A stretch of DNA of 64,000 bases, from contig CM052817.1 of the NCBI GenBank assembly GCA_028534125.1, positions 104,968,001 through 105,032,000 on the forward strand. The letters are read 5' to 3'. The DNA is from Lama glama. Its lineage: Eukaryota. Positions 11,040 through 22,760 of this stretch are shown here, one piece after another. The notes beneath the pieces were generated by a model, which did not search any database, was not told where the DNA came from, and saw nothing but the letters and a program-made list of their open reading frames with translations. The first letter of the stretch is position 1; each line of letters starts with the position of its first letter. Both the position numbers and the translations under genes were made by a program.

Positions 11040-12453
11040 ATTTTTGCCTTTTGTGTACTTTTCCCATTATACCCTTAACATATTGGTCATAGTTATTTTG
11101 AATTACCTTTGGTAATTACTACATCTGTGTTATATCTAAATCTTTCTCTCTTTTTTTAAAACTTCTTTTTTTTTAAAAAAAATTTCTGATTGTTTTGTTT
11201 TGGGGACAGGGGAGGTCATTAGGTTTATTTATTTATTTTTAATGGAGGTGCCGGGGACTGAGCCCAGTGCATGCTAGGCATGCGCTCTACCACTAAGCTC
11301 TACCCTCCCCTTCAAGGTCTTTCTGATGCTTGCTTTATCTCTTCAGACTTTTTTTTTCTTTGCACTTGCAATGCCTTGCACTGTTTTGTGCTGGAAGCTG
11401 GACATGATGAATTGGCTAATGGGGAGGTAAATAAGGCACGGATGTGAGTAATTTTGTTAATCTGGCTGGGAGTTGTTCTGTTGCTAATGAATGCTACAGC
11501 AACAGGTGCCAGAGGTTGAAAGTTCTTCTCGGGTCTTTGTTTTAATCTCTCTTTTTGGCTTTGCTACTCCTTTTTGTACTGCTTCTCGAGAAGAGTCTGT
11601 GTCTTGCAGCTTTTTCTGCTGTAATTCACTGTCATTGTACTGGAAGCGTGCGGAGATGGTGGTAGGCCCTGGAAGCTGGGAATATTCAATAATTCTGAGT
11701 AAGTCTCAGTGATGTAGTGGGCTGTGGACCAGGACTGTGGCTGTCACCAGTGTTTCCATCCTTCCTCCAGGAGTACAGTTTTCTCCTTCCTTGGCTAAGT
11801 GTTTCTAATCTGTTTCCCGAATTCCTGTCCTCTTGACTATGTTTTATTTTATTTTTTTCCCTCTTCCATGAAACAGGAAGGCTGCAGCATGCCGGAGTAG
11901 AGCAGAATTCCCTTTGCTCATATGCAATGTCCTTTCAGAATTTCCCTTGGTGAATTCTTTTGCTCTGTCTGCAAGATCTCTTTTTAGGGAGATGAAGCTA
12001 AAAAGATTTTAGGATGTCTCCTTCCCCCCTCCTCCCTGGCCATGGCAATAAGGGGGTCTCTCTTACCTCCCTCCAGGAAGAACTTGGTTGGTTTCTGGAA
12101 TGAAAGCCAGTAAGAGCCTGTGGCTCCATGTAAGTCCATGATCCCCAGGGGTGCCTCACTCCAATGCGAGTCTTCACTCAGTAATTTGTCAAAAGACCTT
12201 TACAGTGTTGCTCTCGGTTTCTGCGATGCAAGGACTTCCGTTCTCGTTAAGTAAATCGTGGCAACTTTGTGTTTCTGAATGTGCCTGTCTCTCAAGATTT
12301 CAGGACGTGGTTTGCCCTGAAACCTTTAATTATTTGCAGGATCCAAGAAAAGTCATCAAATATCTAGTTTGTTCACCTTTCTTTTAAGTTGTTGTAGGAA
12401 CAAGAGTGACAAGTTCCCAGCTCTTTACCTGGTGAAACTGAAAACGGAAGTCA
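11040..12453 (-). mobile_element. Old L1 (L1MC/L1M-type) 5' region
   Basis: Shares blocks with 6510-8410; ends in CTGAAAACGGAAGTC, i.e. a GACTTCCG start on the minus strand. Confidence 0.6.
11150..11310 (-). mobile_element. Vic-1-like SINE
   Basis: T-rich tail, ATTAGGTTTATTTATTT, AATGGAGGTGCCGGGGACTGAGCCCAG, GCATGCGCTCTACCACTAAGCTCTACCCTCCCC. Confidence 0.85.
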
Positions 12454-12621
12454 AAGTTTGAATATTTTCAAATACTCCTTACGGTTTTTTAGTGTGATCT
12501 TAGAAATACCTTCCTTTCTAAAACAACTAAATGTGTCTTTAAATCTTAATATTTTAGTTCAAGGAATAATAACAATAGTCCATCTATGTTTTTCTATACT
12601 TAAATTGTATTATATTTCTTT

Positions 12622-12788
12622 AAAACAGCAAGTTCATACTGTAGAGCACAGGGAACTATATTCAATATCTTGTAGTAACATGGTGAAAAAGAATCTGAAA
12701 CAAATATATATATGTTCATGTATGACTGAAGCATTGTGCTGTGCACCAGAAATTGACACAATACTGTAAACTGCCTATACTTCAATAA

Positions 12789-12830
<42 letters not shown>
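12622..12830 (+). mobile_element. Lineage-type L1 3' end with (TA)n tail
   Basis: AGCACAGGGAACTATATTCAATATCTTGTAG..ACCAGAAATTGACACA..TACTTCAATAAA followed by (TA)n at about 12793-12828. Confidence 0.85.
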
Positions 12831-12831
<1 letters not shown>

Positions 12832-13439
12832 AAAATATTTCTTTATACATCACATTTTAGCTTCCTTAACTCTGGAACATTGCATGGCAATATGAATTAA
12901 GCTATTAATTTATTTTCACAAAAACAGCTAGTGTTAATATTCATATCTGATATTTAATTGATATGGTGAAATAAATAAAATTTAAATGAAACAAGCTTTA
13001 TTTATATATTGTATGTTGAAATTTGATGCAGACTATGTAAGAAGAGACTATGTTCCATAGTCAAATAAAAAGAAAAGCGTGTTTAGATTAGTAACAAGTC
13101 GCACGTTACAATATACTGAATATTTCAAACTAAAACCATTCACCTTTTGAAGAATGTAGCTATAATATTTACAGAAGTCTTCTTCAAGTCTTTGAAAATC
13201 AAAATTGGAATATTTAAAACACTTCATAGTTTAAGTATAATGATATCTATGTACATAAGAAAAAAGTTGAATTCCACTTGGTCACAAATACATAAATTTA
13301 TTTGGATTGCTAAATCAGTGAGATAAGTTTAAGCTTAAATCTAATGCAATGAAATAGTTTATTTAAATTGAGAGCTACCTATGCGTAAGAACTAGCTAGC
13401 TGGTGATGGAGGCAAAGGCCAGAATATAAGTTCACAGGA

Positions 13440-13560
13440 AGTGTTTAATATTTGTCAGAATATCAGTAATTGCTCTGGGCTCCACTCAAAACTAGCAACA
13501 TTCCATGCTATCCAATAAATGGGTATATGCAACTTATAAAACTCAAATATCCAGTGAGCA
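13440..13560 (-). mobile_element. Small ERVL pol fragment
   Basis: Minus strand reads ..NVASFEWSPEQ, like ERVL ASFEWGPEQ; homologous to 14818-14867. Confidence 0.55.
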
Positions 13561-13730
13561 ACATGATATAATAAAAATTATGTACGACAAGCTATAGCTA
13601 ATGTTATGCTCACTGGTGAAAAGCTGAAAACATTTCCTCTACGATCAGCAACAAGACACAAATGCCCACTCTTGCCATTTCATTTCCACAGAGAAGTGGA
13701 AGTCCTAACCAGAGCAAAAAAAAAAAAAGA
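13560..13730 (+). mobile_element. L1 ORF2 reverse-transcriptase fragment
   Basis: GGTGAAAAGCTGAAAACATTTCCTCTACGATCAGCAACAAGACACAAATGCCCACTCTTG encodes GEKLKTFPLRSATRHKCPL, compared with the L1 motif GTRQGCPL. Confidence 0.85.
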
Positions 13731-13761
13731 TACTGGGAAATAAGTCAGACAGATAGAGACA

Positions 13762-13802
13762 TACTGGCGCACCTCGTTTTATTGTGTTTCACTCTATTGC
13801 AC
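13762..13802 (+). mobile_element. Tigger1 terminal fragment
   Basis: CTGGCGCACCTCGTTTTATTGTGTTTCACTCTATTGCAC resembles the Tigger1 5' terminus CAGGCATACCTCGTTTTATTGCGCTT. Confidence 0.55.
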
Positions 13803-13809
13803 AATACCT

Positions 13810-15675
13810 AGATCAGTTCCAATGAGAGGGAACCTGCAGTTGGGTCTGGGTGTACCCTCTGCCTCTGACCACCCCATCCACCCCATATATGATCCCATGC
13901 TACAAGTCCTGCAGTGGCTGAAAATAGAAGCCAACCAACATTTTCTGAAGGAGTTAGTTTATCCACTTAGTTAAGTGGATACAGTTCTCGTTCGCTAGTA
14001 AGCATTAACACATGGTACAAAATTTCTCATGTCTTCTCTCGGTGGCCTGGCCACATTCGTCTTTCCTGGTCTGCTTGTCTCTAATCACTTCATCTTTCTC
14101 CTTCCTGTACCCTGAACAACCAGCCAAGCCATTTGCTGCTGCCCAGGATCCATAAATAAGTCCTTGGAGGTCTACTTTCTTATAAGTCTACTCTTTGTAA
14201 GGCTATGTCTTTTAAGTCTACACTCTATAAGTCTACTCTTCTCTTCACACAGAGGGCTTCCACAAACTCTGTCTATTGGGACTGCAAGATCAGTCTTTTA
14301 AATCACTGAGGTGGGGCATGTTGTCCATTTTTAGCCTCCATTTCTGTACTAAGCCAACTCATTTGTAAATAAAGCTTGAATACTTTCCTCCTCTGAAAGT
14401 TCCAAGGGGATCACAAATGTGCATTAAAGAAAAGGCCCTGGTGTGCCAGTGGTTGGTGATGTGGGCATCACTTGTGTCTGAAGCTTGCTTGTATCCCTTA
14501 GACACGCACAGCTTCAACCCTGAATCTAGCCCATTGATCTGGGCCCATCACATATGCAACTTGTTGAGTCTGACAGTGTCCACCTCGTGGGTAGTTGTGA
14601 TCACAAGATCACTTTCTATCTAATGGGCAAACACAGAGTCTCTACCCAGATTCAGTACCATGTCAGTTCCTGCATTTCAAATGGCATACAATCTTCTTCT
14701 GCCAATGGCAAGGCCTTGCTTCAGTTCCCTATGAGTCTGTAATGCAAATCTCACATGGCCCAAGCAGCAGGAGACCTTGTGTTACGACCTTGATCTACTG
14801 AAGTGCCCTCCCTTGCTCTGAGCTTCACACAAAACTAGCAACTTTCCATATCACCCAACAAATGGGTGGCAATAGAATAGGCAGTTCCAAAAACCCCAAA
14901 GCTCTAACAAATATTTGACTTCTTTTTAAGTAGTAGGAGATTCAAAGAGCAATAAACTATTCTTCACTCCAGAGGAGATGTTCTAGCGTGATCCAGACCA
15001 CTGGACTCTGAAGACTTCAGTGATGTGGCAGGTCTCTGAAACATTTTAGGATTTATCTGCCACTATCTAGAGCACACATTCCTAACAATATATCCAGGGT
15101 ACTTGCCATATCTTGCCTATTAGATCCAATTAACATGATAATCTCAACATGGTGAACCTCTGTTATGCTTTAAAGAATGTTCTGTTGGACCTGGTCTCTT
15201 CAGACTATTTTATAACAGAGTGCAAATGAATTAACATAGTTCTGGGACAAGAATGTAAATTACTACTATTGTCTGTTACATGTGATGTAATTTACTTTTC
15301 ATCTTCCATTCTGATGATTGTTGAAAATCACGCGTTTATCATATCAAGTGTTACCTACCAAAAATCAGCAATTCTGTTGGAAAATACAACAAAATTTGGT
15401 ACAAGAGCAACTGAGATTTCTACTTGGCTAATTTTGTTCACTGTCATTTACAGTTATTGGTCCAATATTTGAAGGGGCCAGACTTGTGAATTAAATACAA
15501 TATGACAGAGACTACAAGACTTGAAATCCTTAGGATTTCTAGAGTCACATTCATTCCCCTCCCCAGATGCAATAGATGTTTTATTATGTATTTTTTCTAG
15601 ACAGGCAGACTTAAACGGTTCCATCTGGCCTTTCTCATTGTAATATGTCTTTCTCTAACAGTCAGTGTGCTTCCA
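13810..15675 (-). mobile_element. Decayed ERVL (class III) pol internal region: RT and RNase H
   Basis: Manual minus-strand translations: FNSQVWPLQ..MTV (about 15440-15495); FTFLSQNYVNSFALCYKIV*RD..ITEVHHVEIIMLIG (15125-15260; ERVL PQGYINSPALCH..VHYIDDIMLIG); YGSWAAANGLAGCSG (about 14110-14155; ERVL DSWAVANGLAGWSG). Multiple stop codons. Confidence 0.85.
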
Positions 15676-15900
15676 TACAAATTTTACAATTCCTTGTTCT
15701 AGTTATATGAAAAATACTGTTAGAATTTTCATAGGATTGCTTTGAATCTGTAGATTTCTTTGAGTAGTATGGACATTTTAACAATATTTGTTAATATTTA
15801 TTAATTCTTCCAATTCATGAGCACAACTTATCTTTCCATTTATTTGTGCCCTCAGTTTTGCTCACAAGCCTTATAGTTTTCAATGTACAGGTCTCTCATC
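15675..15900 (-). mobile_element. L1 ORF2 fragment
   Basis: GGATTGCTTTGAATCTGTAGATT..AGTAGTATGGACATTTTAACAATAT..TCTTCCAATTCATGAGCA. Confidence 0.85.
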
Positions 15901-16307
15901 TCCTCCTCAACTGCTGACCCACTTGAAGTTAAAGTCCTGAGTTTCTAAAATCTGTGCCTTTCTGATTGCAGTAGAGATAGCGTTTCCACGGTGCAATTCT
16001 AAACATCTCATTGGATATGTCTAGGGGCCAACTCTGTGCTCTGCTGGGGGTTACTTCTCTAAAGCCTATGCTCAAGTTTCTAATTTCCTATTTCAAACAC
16101 ATTTGTGCTTAAAACGTCAATGCTTTGTATTCACGGAAGTGAACGCTGACTAATCTAATCATCATCGTCGTTCTCTTTGAAATTTGAGATCTTCATTGGT
16201 GGAGAAACACACTGCCACAATAAATTTATCTATGGCACTGTCCACTGGATATGGTGCCAAAGGAAATTTCAGGTTGACGTTTATTCATATTTTCTTTCAC
16301 GTGAAAG

Positions 16308-16351
16308 ACTAAGATAAGATAAGATAAGATAATATAAGATAAAGATGATAA
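16308..16351 (+). repeat. (GATAA)n microsatellite
   Basis: AAGATAAGATAAGATAAGATAATATAAGATAAAGATGATAAG. Confidence 0.85.
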
Positions 16352-19142
16352 GTAAGGCCACCATGGAACATCTGTTACGATGTTGTTCAACAGAGTCCTT
16401 GGTTCTTTTACTGCTGCTAATTTATTAATGAATTTTACTGTGTTCATAATGCTACCTTTGTCGTTATCATGGTAACTGTAAACATAGATCTATAATCTCA
16501 GTAGTCCTAATCATACACAGGTTTCTAATGTCCATAGTATATTTGCAATTTTGAGACACCATTCATTTCCCCGCTTGGCTATTAATATTCCTGCTCACAT
16601 AAGGAGACGTTCATTCTTTCTACGTCATCTTTTCTATACATACTTTAATCAACTTCCCAGTTGGCTGGATTTCTTTTTGCTTGCTTTATCTGATTCTGAA
16701 ACCGAGAAAAGTGTTTTCTAGAAATTTTATTTATATTGTGAGTTCTTTCATTTTGCAGCTCCATATGGTGGTGATGCTCTCCAAGTTAGTTTCATTTTTA
16801 GGCACCATGTTGGGGAAAAAGAGGGGCTTGCCATCTTCCATGTCAAGTCTAACAAAAGTGACAGTGTTTCTCGTCTAACATTTCTCCAGCTGTACCATGG
16901 CAACTTAATGCGTCCGCCTTTAATTGGATCATGTATGCAACACCACTCCGGCAGAGGAACATGGCATAGTGTTCAGTGCTAACCATGTACCTCCCTCAGA
17001 GGATCTAGACTGTGTTTGTCCTGAGAATTGTTAGCAGGAGAGGATAGAATGAATGGTGGGAGGAAATACAGCAATAACTACTGCACTGTCTCATATAAAA
17101 ATACTTTCTAACTCCTTCTAACTTAATATTTTTCCTACTGTGAATGAATAGCACTTTATTCCTAACATGAATACAAATTACATCATTTGCACCTTGTTGT
17201 GTCTGTTCCCTGCTTTCTCACAAACCCCTACCAACTTTGCACACTCATACTTTTGGCAAACTAGATTAAGAATCCCAACAAGGAACAAGGACTTTGTTTG
17301 ATAAGCTTGATAAACATTAATTTTCATTAAATATTATAATAGTCCACATTTTCCATTTTAGAGGTAAGGGGAGTGATATGTATAATTTTCATGAACACAT
17401 AAATTCACCCTTATTTAAACACACAGCAGAGTAAAGAGTAAAAATAAAGTTAAGAGATAAATATAGAGGCATTTGCTACAAGGCAAAGAAATGAGATTTT
17501 GCGTCAGATATTCAAATTGAATTACAACTCTGTCAAATATTTGGGGAAATAGCTTAACCTAAAGAGACTGTTTACAATGTGCAAGTAGTAAACATTAGGT
17601 ATAATAATGCAGGTGAACAGGCACTAGTTTTACTCTGACTCATAAAATGAGTTATTGGCATTGAGATTGGTATTATTAAAATCTTGACATGAATACACAC
17701 TGAAAATTGGTTTCATAATTTTTTATTCTCACCAAATGTTTAATACTATTTCATCCATAGTTTCTCATATTTTAATTCAGTGCAAGTTTACGATCATAAT
17801 ATGGACATCATAGCAATTTTATCAGTCAAAAGCAATTAGACCAAGCCATATTTTGTGATAATTATGTTGTTGTTGTTAGAGAATCAAAGGTCTGTTTTCA
17901 ACCACAATATCCAGATGGCTAGTTAATATGCGTAACTAAATGTCTTTTTCATTGCTACTGACTCACTCTTTAAAACTATGTTTAAGTTAACATTGATATC
18001 ATCACGGTAGTTATTTGAAATGCAAAACCAGTCAGTTTCATCTATGATAACACAATCACTTGACTTTGTCCACTGTTATTTCTTGACAGTTAATCTCCAA
18101 ATTCATCTTAAATTTTATTGTGTACTTAACTTCAGTATGCATTTTAATGCTCATTTTCCACCTAAGTGGAGATTTTTTTAAAGTATGAAACAGCTTGATT
18201 TAATAAGTACTATTGGATATGATTTCTTGCTGTAATATAATAGAAATAGTATATTTTGAAGGTTATATACTTAATTTCAAATTTCTGAAGATAATTTATG
18301 AATTCCTTTCAACGTTCCATTTTTATAATTTTTAAAATGGAAAATATGTTTATGTTGGAGCACTGTCTATGTCATACATGCTTTGTATCTGGCATTTAAA
18401 AAAAACAGTAACTCCTGTTAACACAAGATAAATTGACCCTTTAGCTTCAGAGTTCCATCCTAGTGCCTACCTGTGCCATCATATCGGGTTGGTAGTATAA
18501 GCTGATTTTGCCACTCCAAATCCTTATGCCATGCTTAGGCATAAAATTCAGGTTTTGATGCACTGCGTGATGTGTAACAAAGTAACAAGTAACTGATAGA
18601 GATTTAGGTTCCTGACACATATAACACATTCCTCTGTATTAATGAGTTATTTTTTTAGTTATAATAATATTGGTTGTCATGGGTATTTTACATGGTCAAA
18701 AAATTAATTCGGTTTACTACTATGAAATGCTTGGAAAATGTAAAAATGCAAATGCAATCATTTTCATGCTTAGGAAGTACAGTAGATTTGTCGCCTCTCC
18801 CCAACTTTGGACCACACTGGAAACAGGTGATTTCTTCCTGAAAATAAAACTTCCAAGTTATTACACAAATTGGATAGACTCAACCATCCTACAAACTAAT
18901 ATCTTTCAGAGACATTTTGCAAATTAGAGTTATACACTGCCAAGGATGTGGAGAATGCATTCTCCATAAATAGTAATTCTATCGAAAATTGTTAAGGCAG
19001 ATCTGGTTAGTAATAGATGCAACAAACATGGACTTTAGAAGGGAAATTCCCCTCAGTTAAAATTTCTGTGACTGTATTTCCAGCCTTGTCCCCAGGGAAT
19101 AAGAATTTTACTTGTCATTTATTTGGAGGAGGGGCGGGGGGC

Positions 19143-19631
19143 ACATTGTTTTTCTATGACTGCTGTAACAAGCTGCTACAAGCTTAGTGTTAACACCCAG
19201 TTATTATCTTATATACATATTTATTATCTTAAACACACTTTTAGTAACTTACAGCTCTGAAGATGAGAGGTCTGAAATCGGTTTCACCGAACTGACATCA
19301 CGCTGCCTCCGGAGGGTCTAAGGGGAGAATCGGTGTCCTTGCCCTTTCCAGTTTATAGAGCTGTCGTCCTGGGCTCCGTCTTTTCCTTCATCCTCAAGCC
19401 AGCAGAGTAAACTCTCCAGATCCCTGTCCACTGAGGTTGTTGCACGGTCTTCTGATGTGTCAACCCCTCTTTTAACGATTACATGCAGTGGGCCCATGCA
19501 GTAACCCAGGATAATCTACCCATTTCAAGATCCTAATTTAATCCCATCTGCAAAATTTTTTTGGTCCTATAAAATAACATTCACAGATTTTTCAAGGATT
19601 AGGACTTGGATATCTTTGGGGACCTATCACA
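19143..19631 (-). mobile_element. MLT1 (MLT1D-like) MaLR LTR
   Basis: CTGCTGTAACAAG..CTAAGGGGAGAATC..CCTTGCCCTTTCCAG..ACCCAGGATAATCT..TCAAGATCC..ATCTGCAAA..GGATTAGGACTTGGATATCTTTGGGG. Confidence 0.85.
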
Positions 19632-20399
19632 GAGGGCAGGGATGTTTTATCTTTTTGCAATAGTTGAATTAAGCATCGCTCATGATATATTAACTATATT
19701 TGTTGTAATAATGGGCTCAAGTAAAATCAAAGCTCATTCTTTGCTTCGGTTTTTATATTTTGTTGGAAATTTGGAGAATGGAAAGAATGTAGTCTGAAAA
19801 AAGTTGTATTCCAGTCACTTGAAAGTTGCAGCTTTCCTCTCCACTACAAATCAATAAATGTAAAGTTTTGTTTATTAAAATCTGTATATCTTCTTCGTAG
19901 CTTTAATTCAGTATTTGGGGAAAATAAAGAAAAAAAAAGATTTTCTACATTTGCTTTCTGAGATTAAGACCCTGATTTTTTTTTTTTTTCACCACATCTA
20001 GCTTTTCCCTTGTTGAGAGGTCCTGCCTGAGCTCGAAGAAACATTTCCTTTGATGTCTGTAATGGGTAAATAATGAGGCAACATGATATTTACACCATTA
20101 TGAGTAATTTCCCACTATATATTTATCCTGCTATTGGCTGGGCAGTAACAAGACTTTAGCCAAAACACACTACAATATGGCTATGGTAACCAAACGTATT
20201 TCAAAATACTGTCACTTAAATGTACACATTTGAGGGTCTGGTGGAGGCAAACATGTTGAAGGGGGGTAAGTGTGTAATTACAGAACAAATGTCAAGGATT
20301 TCCGGCTTCTGACACTCAATATCTATAGTATAATAATAACACATAGGATTTGTAGAAATAACACGGAGTAGGAGATATGCTGCATTTGTAAAACAAAAT

Positions 20400-20565
20400 T
20401 ACACAATTTCGAGATGGAGATTAAAAGGCCTCTCATATTAAAAGAAGACCAAGGGTAAGAGATGCTAAGAAATTGACAAATTATTACACAGTTCAGAAGA
20501 GGCAGAACTGGACTTGACCCCAAGTTTTCCTGACACTTTCAGGTTGTGCTCATAATCACTCTGCC
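20400..20565 (-). mobile_element. MIR SINE fragment
   Basis: ACACAGTTCAGAAGAGGCAGAACTGGACTTGACCCCAAGTTTTCCTGAC. Confidence 0.5.
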
Positions 20566-21260
20566 TGTCCCTCATATATTCACTTTTTCCTAGAATTGCT
20601 GCTGATAATGATGCTAAGGTGAACATTCATCTATTTTTTTCTTTCATGTACACATGGCCATTGTGTATACATTTGGAGAGAAATATCTAGCATCATTATA
20701 TGTCATATTTGTATTTTTCCTGTCTTCCTTTGGATTGGGCATGTCTTATGATTATGTATTTTCCTCCCTTATTGGCTTTAGCTAACTGTTTTTTAGGGGT
20801 TGCTCCAAGCTTTGAATACTGTAAATTTAAATTATTATTGTCTCCTTCCAAATAATACTATACCATTTCTCATGTAGTCAAACAAACTTACAACAATAGA
20901 CTTTCATTTTCTCCCTCAAGTCCTTTTGTACCATTATTGTCATACATTTTAGTTCTTTATACGTTATCAACCTCAGAATATATCTTTTACTATTTGTTTA
21001 GTCAATTTATTATTATTCAAAAATTTTAAATGAGAACATTTATATGTATCCCAGTTTTTATGATTTCTGGTGTTTATTTATTCCTCTCTGCAGTTACACA
21101 TTTTCCTCTGGTTTCATATTCCTTCTGCCAGAATAACTTCTTCAACATTTCTCCTAGTACAAGTGTGCTGGAAACGAACACTCCTAGTTTATTTTCTGAA
21201 AAAGTCTTTATTTTATCTGTAGTTTTTGAAAGAGCTTTTTCTAGCTTAAGAATTCCAAGA

Positions 21261-21476
21261 GGTCAAACTCCCAAATGTCTCACTATATATAATAATAGAT
21301 TTAAAAAGTTTATTTTGTATAGCACAGGGAGCTATGTTCAATTATCTTGTAATAATCTTTAATGGAAAATATGAAAACGAATATATGTATGTATATGCAT
21401 GACTGGGACATTGGGCTGTACACCAGAGATTGACACATGGCAATTGACTGTACTTCAATTATACACACACAAAAAA
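21261..21476 (+). mobile_element. Young L1 3' end with 13-bp TSD and a short 5' inversion
   Basis: Perfect TSD AAGAATTCCAAGA at 21248-21260 and 21477-21489; body TATAGCACAGGGAGCTAT..CACCAGAGATTGACAC..TACTTCAAT. Confidence 0.9.
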
Positions 21477-22624
21477 AAGAATTCCAAGATGACTTCCTTC
21501 CCCTTGTACCTTAAAGACATTGGTATTTTCTTCCTGCTCACACAGTTTCTGACAAGCAGTTTGCTGTGGTTCTTTCTTTGTTTCTCTGTAGGTAACATTT
21601 CTTGGTTCTCTGCTGCCTTCAAGATTATCTCTTAAATTTTGATTTTCAACACCTTGACCATCATATGCTTAGTTAGGTGAATATTTCTTTGTATTTAGCT
21701 TGATTGTGGTTCTCTGGCTTTTAAATAGGTTTGTGGGCTTTCATTAATTTAGCAAATTCTTGGCTACTTTCTACTCAAATAATTCTTCTGTTCTGTTCTT
21801 TGTTTTCTCCTCCCTGAACTCCAATTACACATGTGTTAGACGGTTTGATACCTTCCTACAACACTTGAGTGGTCAGTTCTATCTGTTTGCATTATGTGTT
21901 TTATTTCATTTTGGGTACTCTACATATTTACCCACTTATAAATTTGCTGATTATTTCCTCTGATGTGTTCATCCTGTTGATAAACTCATTAAAGCATTTT
22001 TCTTTTCTAATATCATGTTTTGAATTTCTAACATTTTTATTTATTTGACTTCTTTCTGTGGATTCCATCTAACTGCTAAAATTCCCCATCCGCTCATGCT
22101 TGCTGCTTACCTTTTTCACTAAAACTTTTAACATAGTAAATATAGTTATTTTAAAGTCACGGGTCTTATAGTTTCAGCATTGTGTATATCTCTGGGCCTG
22201 AAACTGTTTTTTTTTTATCATGAATCGGAATCTTTTTTTTCATTTTGCTTTTTTACAAATACTGCCATTTTTAATTGAATTTTGAACACTGTGTGCAAGA
22301 AAAAAGACCAAAAACTTATGTATATTATATTTTTGCTTGGAAATGGTCATACTGTATCTTCTATCAGATTTCTAACAAAGGGTTTGAGTCAAACTAGTCA
22401 GTGGCTGAACAGGTTTAGGGTTTTGCTTTTCATATCACTACCTTCAGTGTACAACAGGGTTCACAGTCCTCGGGCTCACTGTGAAGCCCAGGATGAGGAT
22501 TCCTCAGTGTTCTTGCCCTTTCATCTTTTGGCAGGTTTTGCAGATTTGTAATATAAAGAGGTGTTCTCTTCCATTTTACTCCTTCTCCATTTACTCAGTA
22601 AATGACTCAGAATTAGGGCATTGC

Positions 22625-22760
22625 TGTTTTATTGAAGTATTGTTAGTTTACAATATTACATTAGTTTCAGGTGTACAACATAGTGATTTATCTTTTTACA
22701 GATTATCCTCCATATAAAGTGATTATAAAGTAACAGCTATATTCCCTGTGTCGTACATTA
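22625..22760 (-). mobile_element. L1 3' end fragment
   Basis: TTTATTGAAGTATTGTTAGTTTACAATATT..GTTTCAGGTGTACAACATAGTGAT..ATATTCCCTGTG. Confidence 0.8.

Noticed and set aside
19041..19051. Canonical kB site GGGAAATTCC
   Set aside because: A single isolated 10-mer; matches to the degenerate consensus are expected in 64 kb
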